A DNA stretch of 41,870 nucleotides, taken from assembly GCA_020717925.1 (NCBI GenBank), contig DYDL01000003.1, forward strand, positions 1 through 41,870, in the 5' to 3' direction. Made by a program: the position numbers and the translations under genes. Source of the DNA: Desulfocapsa sp. (lineage in GTDB: Bacteria; Desulfobacterota; Desulfobulbia; Desulfobulbales; CG2-30-60-27). How positions within the stretch are numbered: the stretch's first letter is position 1; each line of letters begins with the position of its first letter. Below the pieces are notes generated by a model, which did no database searches, was not told the DNA's origin, and saw only the letters and a program-made list of their open reading frames with translations. Below, in pieces: positions 35,232 to 41,870 of the stretch.

Positions 35232-35453
35232 TCAGGCATGTTTCACTTTGGTCTGTGCTATCCGAATGAGGGAACGAAGGGCGTCATTGACCGCCTTTGC
35301 ATCCGGGAAGGCGGCGGAAACGTCATCATCAAGTTTGACGATATTCACCCCTTGCCGATAGCGGGCGGCATACTTGCCACGTACCCCCCCGGGCATCGAA
35401 GCAAAATCATATTCCGACCTCAAATCGTCAGGCGCTTTAACAGCTTTTTTCAT
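35232..35453 (-). CDS. brnA: BrnA-like antitoxin
   Basis: DDLRSEYDF...GVRGKYA...LDDDVSAAFPD..AVNDALR. Confidence 0.8.
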   Translation of the reverse strand: MKKAVKAPDDLRSEYDFASMPGGVRGKYAARYRQGVNIVKLDDDVSAAFPDAKAVNDALRSLIRIAQTKVKHA

Positions 35454-35712
35454 AAAAATTTCGCTCCGTTCGTGTCGCTTCACGTGCTGATATGATTCGG
35501 GTCCGCTCATCCCTGTCCGTGTGAGAGACAACCAAGACCCGCCCAGCCTCTGACATGCCGATAATCAGAAAGCGGGTCTCATCGTCGGAATGGTCCAGAT
35601 CCGGGAAGACATTCGCAAGAGCGTCGGCAAAGACTGTTGCGGCTTCATTAAATGAAACCCCATGCTTGCGCAGGTTCGCGGCGGCCTTTGTTCCGTGCCA
35701 TTCAAATTTCAC
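35437..35712 (-). CDS. brnT: BrnT ribonuclease toxin
   Basis: FEW..KAAANLRKHGVSF.EA, HSDDETR, RIISAREAT..ER. Confidence 0.92.
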   Translation of the reverse strand: MKFEWHGTKAAANLRKHGVSFNEAATVFADALANVFPDLDHSDDETRFLIIGMSEAGRVLVVSHTDRDERTRIISAREATRTERNFYEKSC

Positions 35713-35737
35713 AGTCCCCCCTGTGCTTACTTTTTTT

Positions 35738-35766
35738 ATTGTATAACACAACCGGACACGATGCAA
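35738..35766 (-). promoter_or_regulatory. sigma70 promoter of brnTA
   Basis: TTGCAT-N17-TACAAT. Confidence 0.6.
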
Positions 35767-35813
35767 GGTGCGCAGTGGGCAGGCTTGCCTGGAAGGATAT
35801 GACGGTGAAATAA
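35764..35813 (+). repeat. Diverged copy of pilY1 3' end
   Basis: See 35134-35182; ends in GTG AAA TAA vs GTG GAA TAG. Confidence 0.88.
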
Positions 35814-36098
35814 GCGGTCATATGTCAGCGGTCAGCTTTCAGTTCTTCCATCACACTCCCAACTCCCCCCCCCCACAAAGTTTACAAATCATAATTAGCT
35901 GGAATAATGATAAATAATCAACCATTATTAACTTTATTAATAATGAGCCCGGCGGAATCGATATAAAATGAGCGGGTTGCATGACAACTGGCTTAGGGGC
36001 GGGGAGTGAGGAGGAATTTTTTTATGGCGCCGCGCCCCGCGGTTTGCTAAGGCTGACATCCTGCAATGGGCCGCATATTTATTGCATACTGAGCGCGT

Positions 36099-36114
36099 TG
36101 GAACGGAAATTGCT
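36099..36114 (+). promoter_or_regulatory. sigma54 -24/-12 promoter of minor-pilin operon 2
   Basis: TGGAAC-GGAAA-TTGCT, exact GG/GC spacing, 65 bp before fimT2 ATG. Confidence 0.65.
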
Positions 36115-36178
36115 CTTGCACTGGCATGAAGGGGAAGGCGCAAGGAAGGACGATCTTACCAGGGAAAGGGACAGAGGC

Positions 36179-36754
36179 ATGGGATTATTGCATAAACTGT
36201 TGCGGAGCGGGCAACGGCCAGGGCGGCATCAGGGGGGCTTCACCCTGGCGGAACTGATGATGGTCATCGCCATCATCGGTATCCTGTCCGCCATCGGCAT
36301 TCCCGCCATGGTCAGTACCTATCCAGATTACCAGCTCAAGGCGGCGGCCCGGGACATAGTCTCCAATTTCCAGAAGGCCAAGTTGGAGGCGGCGAAGCGC
36401 AACACTTGGGTCACGGTGACTTTCAATCAGCCGGTAAATGGAATAACGTATGACTACGTCGTCTTTGTGGACAGCAATCAAAACCATCAATTCGACGCAG
36501 CGGCCGACACAGCGCTCGCCCAGACTGATTTTTCCGGCTACGGCGGGGGCGTTACCATGGTTTCCAACACCTTTGGCCTGAACGCCGACGCCACCCCACT
36601 TCCTTGTTTCACCTTCACCCCTCGCGGGTTGCCGAAAGGCAACAACGACCTGGCAACAACCGGAACGGTGCGGCTCACAAACCGCAAGGGGGTCGGGATC
36701 ACCAAATACGACGTGACGCTCAACACCATGGGAGGGTTCAGCATTGTACGTTAA
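36179..36754 (+). CDS. fimT: FimT/FimU/GspH-like minor pilin, operon 2
   Basis: GG/FTLAELM, LKAAARDI, FTPRGLP. Confidence 0.85.
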   Translation: MGLLHKLLRSGQRPGRHQGGFTLAELMMVIAIIGILSAIGIPAMVSTYPDYQLKAAARDIVSNFQKAKLEAAKRNTWVTVTFNQPVNGITYDYVVFVDSNQNHQFDAAADTALAQTDFSGYGGGVTMVSNTFGLNADATPLPCFTFTPRGLPKGNNDLATTGTVRLTNRKGVGITKYDVTLNTMGGFSIVR

Positions 36755-36776
36755 TGGTGTTGCCAAAAAAAAGAGC

Positions 36777-37649
36777 ATGAGCCGGATGCGGATACAGCGG
36801 AACTCCAAAGGCTTCACCCTGGTGGAACTCATGATCACGGTCGTGATCTCCTCCTGCGTAGGCGGGGCGATCTTCGCCGCCTTTAACGCCATGCACCAGA
36901 GCTACCTGAAAGAGGACGCCACTGCCTATATGCAGTCCAATGTCCGGGCCGCCATGGAAATGCTGGAGCGCGATATCCGCTTGGCGGGCTATGACTGGAA
37001 TGGAACCATCAACCCGAGTCCGACCCTGTTTCCGGACGCGACGGTTGTTGTGCCGGGATCGCCTTCCTGGATCCATATGACCATGGACCTCAACGCGAAC
37101 AGGAGCGTGGCCGATGCCGACGAGGATATCGCCTATGGTTTCGCTCCGGCCGATGACGCGAACGGCGACGGCATCGCCGACGCGGGGGCGGCGCCGCTCG
37201 GGCGTAGAGACGGCAGCGTCGCGGTCCCAGCCTATGATCCCATGGCCACGGATATTCAAGCCATCGCCTTTGCCTATGCCTATGACGCCACTGGCGACAG
37301 AATTCCCGAAACCTATACCGTTGGCGGCACGCAACAAACCATCTGGGCCGCGAATCTTGCGGGCGACGGAAAATGGTACAATTTGGATACGAACGGTGAC
37401 GGCTTCATCGATGCCACCGATGGACCTGGCGCGGGAGGCAACGGTTTCATCGCGGGTACGGGCTCGGGCATAGCCATTAATTCGCTTAATATCCGGGCGG
37501 TACGAGTCTGGATCCTGGCCCGCGCCGCCCAGCCCGACCTCAACTATTCCGACTCAAACACCTACGTGATAGGCAACAAAGTCATTAGCCCCAACGACCA
37601 TTACCGTAGGCGGCTTCTGGAAACCACGGTGGTTTGTAAAAACAGGTAA
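36777..37649 (+). CDS. pilW: PilW-like minor pilin, operon 2
   Basis: KG/FTLVELM, RDIRLAGYD, IRAVRVWILAR. Confidence 0.88.
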   Translation: MSRMRIQRNSKGFTLVELMITVVISSCVGGAIFAAFNAMHQSYLKEDATAYMQSNVRAAMEMLERDIRLAGYDWNGTINPSPTLFPDATVVVPGSPSWIHMTMDLNANRSVADADEDIAYGFAPADDANGDGIADAGAAPLGRRDGSVAVPAYDPMATDIQAIAFAYAYDATGDRIPETYTVGGTQQTIWAANLAGDGKWYNLDTNGDGFIDATDGPGAGGNGFIAGTGSGIAINSLNIRAVRVWILARAAQPDLNYSDSNTYVIGNKVISPNDHYRRRLLETTVVCKNR

Positions 37650-37667
37650 TAACATGGGATTGTTACA

Positions 37668-38144
37668 ATGATGGATACTTGCGCGAAAAACCAGGCCGGC
37701 TTCACGCTCATTGAGGTGATGATCGCCATCATTCTCTTTGCCATCGGCATTTTGGGCGTGGCCACCATGCAGACCACCGCCACGGGAGGCAACGCGGTGG
37801 CCATGACCATCACGGAACTTACCACCGTGGCCGCCCAGCGCATGGAGGCATTCAAGGCCCTGCCCATTGCCCAGTTGGTGGACATCAACCAAACTACCCC
37901 CGCCGATACCGGCGAGGCGGGTCTCGACAACAATGGAAGCGACGCCACGGTGGCGGGCGGCGCCGACTACTATTGGAGCCAACTCGGGCAGCGCGGCGAT
38001 GTGATCATCGCGGCCAATGTCGCGCCGGGCGTGCCCACACCGATCAGCGGCCTCTCCGGTTCCACCACCATCCGAGTCATTGCCTCCACAGTGAACGGTT
38101 CCCGAACCGTTACCTTGACTTCGGTCATTAACGCCTACCCTTAA
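37668..38144 (+). CDS. pilV: PilV-like minor pilin, operon 2
   Basis: AG/FTLIEVMIAIILFAIGILGVATMQ. Confidence 0.87.
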   Translation: MMDTCAKNQAGFTLIEVMIAIILFAIGILGVATMQTTATGGNAVAMTITELTTVAAQRMEAFKALPIAQLVDINQTTPADTGEAGLDNNGSDATVAGGADYYWSQLGQRGDVIIAANVAPGVPTPISGLSGSTTIRVIASTVNGSRTVTLTSVINAYP

Positions 38145-38169
38145 AACCTGCCGCGCAAGGAACCGCACG

Positions 38170-38856
38170 ATGACACCCTCTATCTCCATCGCCAGAAACG
38201 AGAACGGCTTTGTGCTGGTGGCAGCCCTGTTGACTTTGCTCCTCCTGGTCATCATCGGCGTCTCCGCCACCACCACCTCCACCTTCGAGGTGCAGATCGC
38301 CGGTAATGAAAAAGTATACAACATGGCGTTTTACCAGGCAAACGGCGGCGTGGATCTTGGCGCGGAAATCCTGGAGCAGAACATCTCCTGCAGGACCGGC
38401 TTCCGCAACCTGAACGGTGACAATACGGTTGGCGATTCCGTTTACCAGAAATATCGCCCCCTGGTGGTCATTTCCGACTTCCAATACCATACACGCACGA
38501 GCCTGGTGTACAAACCGCTGAGCGCGGACGAGCAGGCCCTGTTGGTGGCGGCGGGGGCAACAGTCGAGGCACCCCAAATCCCCGATATGTTTTTGCCCGG
38601 CACGGTAGATCCAGCCGACCCGGATGCCACCATGCCCCGCACGCTGGTCAGCTTTGCCGGCCAAAACGAATGGAACCCGGGTGGCTCCATACAGATGGCT
38701 GCCGGTTATGAGGGACAGGGCAAGGGTTCCTCCGGAGGTGGCGTCACCATGGTCTACGATGTTACGTCCCGGCACATTGGCCTTGGCAACAGCGAGTCCA
38801 CGGTTCACCAGCAGTGGCGGCATGTTGTCGGGCAGGAAGGGCCATGCAATTATTAG
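38170..38856 (+). CDS. pilX: PilX-like minor pilin, operon 2
   Basis: ENG/FVL, EVQIAGN, AFYQANGG. Confidence 0.87.
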   Translation: MTPSISIARNENGFVLVAALLTLLLLVIIGVSATTTSTFEVQIAGNEKVYNMAFYQANGGVDLGAEILEQNISCRTGFRNLNGDNTVGDSVYQKYRPLVVISDFQYHTRTSLVYKPLSADEQALLVAAGATVEAPQIPDMFLPGTVDPADPDATMPRTLVSFAGQNEWNPGGSIQMAAGYEGQGKGSSGGGVTMVYDVTSRHIGLGNSESTVHQQWRHVVGQEGPCNY

Positions 38857-38945
38857 GAAAATCGGCCGATTGAAGGTTCATATGCCACCCTGTCGCCGCC
38901 TTTCGTGGACGGCGGGGCAGGCGCCAGAATAGAGGAGAGGTCATC

Positions 38946-41870
38946 ATGGAATCCCGCATGAGTAGGCGGACCAAGGGAATATGGCTGCTGGCCTTGCTGC
39001 TGTTGTGTCTGGGGCTAGCGAGCCCGCAATGGACGCTGGCGGTGGTGGCGGATTACTGCGATAGTTGCAACCCGGATGCCATCCCGCCCTTCCTGGGAGG
39101 CGAGAAGGATCCGCCCATGGTGATGATCGCCGCCTCCAATGACCATCAACTTTATTTCAAGGCGTATAACGATACCGTGGATCTTGATGGAGATGGGGTC
39201 GTCGATACCACCTATAAATATTCCATCACCTATTACGGCTACTTCGACAGTTCCAAGTGTTATGACTATAACACGACGGATCTGCGCTTCGAGCCCAAGG
39301 CCAGCACCGACGCGGATCACTATTGTACCGGCGCCAACGACAGCTACTGGAGCGGCAACTTCCTGAACTGGATTTCCATGTCGCGCATCGACGTGATCCG
39401 CAAGGTTCTTTTCGGCGGCCACCGCCGGGTGGACACGGCGACCACCACGATTCTGGAGCGGACCTATCTGCCACATGATGCTCATAGCTGGGCCAAATAC
39501 TACAACGGCGCCGACCTTGATAAATTGACCCCCTTTTCCGTGGCGGGCGGTCATTACACCCTGACAGACGCAGACCTCAAAAGAAACGGCCTCACCTTTG
39601 CCAATACCACCGATACCAGCAGCACCGGTTATTCACAAGCCATCACCGATCCGCCTCTTATCAAGGTAGCCAAGGGCAATTACTCATTGTGGGCCAGCAA
39701 CGAACGCTGGCAGTGCACCTGGGCTTCGGGAGCGCCGAAGGACAACCATGCCGCCGACAACTCCAATGCCGCCGCGTCAGGCATCAATGCCTATACGAGC
39801 AGTCCGGACTTTAGCAAAGGCGTTGGACAGATGAACTACGTTGCCCGTGTCCAGGCCTGCGTGCCCACGCTCATCGGCACCGAGAAATGCAAACAATACC
39901 CCAGCGGCAACTACAAGCCCCTTGGCCTCTTGCAGGTGTATGGCGACGCCAATCAGATGTATTTCGGCATGGTCGCCGGCTCCTACGACCAACACGCCTC
40001 GGGTGGATCACTGATCCGCAATGTGGGCAAAATGTCGGACGAAATCAATGTTTCCATCGACGGCACCTTCCCGCTCGTGGCGGTATCGGCCGGCGGGACG
40101 AAAGCCGACGCTGATGCCAAGGGTTTGATCAATGCCTGGAGTCTTTATCGCATTGTCGGCTATGATCATGGCGACGGCTACTATAATGACTCCGCCGCCG
40201 GTGGGGACAACTGCTCGTGGGGTCTCTCCGCCTTCGGCACGGTCACGGACGACGGCAGGTGCAAAAACTGGGGAAATCCCTTTTCTGAGATCTTTTATCA
40301 GGCCATCAACTATTTCGCTGGCGGCGGCGTAATCGGTGCCTATTACTCCGATGACTCAAGCTTCATCAGCGGCTTGAGCAAGCCTGAAGTATATAACGAT
40401 CCCTTATTGGACTCCACGATCAATCCCTCGGCCCCTCACAACTATTGCGGAAGCTTGAATATCGTGAATTTCAATTCCAGCATTCCCTCCTATGACGCGG
40501 ATGGCCTTGATTCAAATTTGGCCACAACGGGCATCTGGAATGCCGGGGATATTCCCGGCAATACCACAGCCATGACCAATGCGGTCGGCGACAGCGACCA
40601 CGAAGGCATCAACGGCAATGATTATTTTATTGGGCAAACCGCGGCCCTTACCGACCAGTTATGTACGGAGAAAGAAGTCACTTCCCTTGGCGAGGCGCAG
40701 GGGATGTGCCCCGATGCCCCGCGAATGTATGGCTCTTTCCGGGAAGCAGGGCTCGCCTATTATGCCCATACCGAGGATATCCGGGCCAAGCATCCTCTCA
40801 CCGACAACGGCGAGCTAACCATAGACACCTTTTCCGTGGCCATGGCCCCCTCCGTGCCGACCATTGAGATCCCCGATCCAAGTAATCCCAGTGTTACGGC
40901 GGTAACCCTCCTGCCCGCCTGCCGGAACACCGCGCTCAGTCCGGCCGGCAACTGCGCTGTCGTCGATTTCAAGATCGTGAGCCAGGCAATAAACGATGGT
41001 CACGGAGTCGGCAGCGGCAAGTTTTATATCAACTGGGAGGACAGCGAACAGGGTGGTGATTATGATCAGGATATGTGGGGCGTTCTTGAATACACCATTA
41101 ACGCCAATACCATTTCCATAACTACGCAGGTTATTGCACAAAGTACCGGTTACTCCATGGGTTTCGGGTATGTGCTGAGCGGCACAACGAACGATGGCTT
41201 CCATGCCCACTCCGGCATCTGCGGCTTCACGTATACCGACACTACAGACGGTACAGATGAGTTAGGGCCGGATTGCCATGGCGGCGATGGCTGTAATTGT
41301 CGTTCCGGCCATGGCACATGTACGGTTGATGGTCCATCCACAAAAGTTTATGCCCTGGCCGGGGCGGCGGGGGGATTGCTGCTCAAGGATCCGCTCTGGT
41401 ATGCCTCCAAATGGGGCGGCTTTGCCGATGGCAGCGGCAGCGGCACGATTACGTCGACGGCGCAATGGGATAAGACACACAACGCCACCGGCGGTTCGGG
41501 CGCGGATGGCCTCCCTGACAACTATTTCTATGCCACCAACCCCGGACAGTTGGAAGATGCCCTGGCCAGGGCCTTTGGTGGTATTCTGGGCGGCATGGCC
41601 TCTGGATCTGCCGCCTCGGTCGTCAGTTCGACGCGGTCCGGCGATGGCGCCATATATCAAGCCGTCTTCTGGCCTGTAAGCGACCTCGTGTCGGGAGCAA
41701 AATGGACCGGCGAGGTCCATTCGCTCTTCGTGGACGGCTTGGGCAATACCTACGAAGACACCAACGGGAACCGGCAATTGGAAACGCACGACATTTATGC
41801 CGCAGACGGCGTGACGATTATCGTCCATGCCGATCAGAAGGTGGTACTGTATTACAACACCTCCGAAAAA
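38946..41870 (+). CDS. pilY1: PilY1/PilC tip adhesin 2, 3'-partial (absent from the ORF track because it has no stop in the window)
   Basis: GAGGAG RBS; MESRMSRRTKGIWLLALLLL signal, SNDHQLYFKAYND, YYGYFD, WSGNFLNW, KPLGLLQVY, WEDSEQGGDYDQD, PLWYASKWGGF, ASGSAASV. Confidence 0.9.
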   Translation, partial: MESRMSRRTKGIWLLALLLLCLGLASPQWTLAVVADYCDSCNPDAIPPFLGGEKDPPMVMIAASNDHQLYFKAYNDTVDLDGDGVVDTTYKYSITYYGYFDSSKCYDYNTTDLRFEPKASTDADHYCTGANDSYWSGNFLNWISMSRIDVIRKVLFGGHRRVDTATTTILERTYLPHDAHSWAKYYNGADLDKLTPFSVAGGHYTLTDADLKRNGLTFANTTDTSSTGYSQAITDPPLIKVAKGNYSLWASNERWQCTWASGAPKDNHAADNSNAAASGINAYTSSPDFSKGVGQMNYVARVQACVPTLIGTEKCKQYPSGNYKPLGLLQVYGDANQMYFGMVAGSYDQHASGGSLIRNVGKMSDEINVSIDGTFPLVAVSAGGTKADADAKGLINAWSLYRIVGYDHGDGYYNDSAAGGDNCSWGLSAFGTVTDDGRCKNWGNPFSEIFYQAINYFAGGGVIGAYYSDDSSFISGLSKPEVYNDPLLDSTINPSAPHNYCGSLNIVNFNSSIPSYDADGLDSNLATTGIWNAGDIPGNTTAMTNAVGDSDHEGINGNDYFIGQTAALTDQLCTEKEVTSLGEAQGMCPDAPRMYGSFREAGLAYYAHTEDIRAKHPLTDNGELTIDTFSVAMAPSVPTIEIPDPSNPSVTAVTLLPACRNTALSPAGNCAVVDFKIVSQAINDGHGVGSGKFYINWEDSEQGGDYDQDMWGVLEYTINANTISITTQVIAQSTGYSMGFGYVLSGTTNDGFHAHSGICGFTYTDTTDGTDELGPDCHGGDGCNCRSGHGTCTVDGPSTKVYALAGAAGGLLLKDPLWYASKWGGFADGSGSGTITSTAQWDKTHNATGGSGADGLPDNYFYATNPGQLEDALARAFGGILGGMASGSAASVVSSTRSGDGAIYQAVFWPVSDLVSGAKWTGEVHSLFVDGLGNTYEDTNGNRQLETHDIYAADGVTIIVHADQKVVLYYNTSEK

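Noticed and set aside
35134-35813. Diversity-generating retroelement TR/VR pair at the pilY1 end
   Set aside because: No reverse transcriptase in the window, and mismatches are not confined to adenines.
38888-38921. GC-rich hairpin between pilX2 and pilY1-2 as a terminator
   Set aside because: Imperfect stem with no U-tract; at most an mRNA stability element.

Overview
GC-rich bacterial chromosome segment; gene content suggests a Desulfobulbales-like deltaproteobacterium (inference). A housekeeping block (purL, yhaM-like, holB, PSP1/RicT, metG, FlhG-like ATPase, yggT, divIVA, yggU; convergent yqeY-comF) lies next to a large type IV pilus locus: pilA with sigma54 promoter and enhancer palindromes, a PilH/PilI/PilG-like ABC module, and two tandem fimT-pilW-pilV-pilX-pilY1 operons (second pilY1 runs off the window). 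Small accessory modules are scattered throughout: five intact toxin-antitoxin pairs, one decayed pair, a type II RM pair and an orphan BRO-N gene, and most are bounded by short repeats. The most striking structure is a RAYT-like HUH/Y1 transposase with three copies of a GGGGACGTTGYTTAC-type site. Two copies are inverted around the transposase gene, two are direct around an MNT-HEPN pair, and each direct copy sits 0-1 nt before an ATG. The unit lies between a truncated and a complete, ~73% identical copy of the pilus ABC ATPase. This resembles an integron-like cassette or pilin-module swapping system driven by an HUH transposase (hypothesis). No rRNA, tRNA or CRISPR array was seen.
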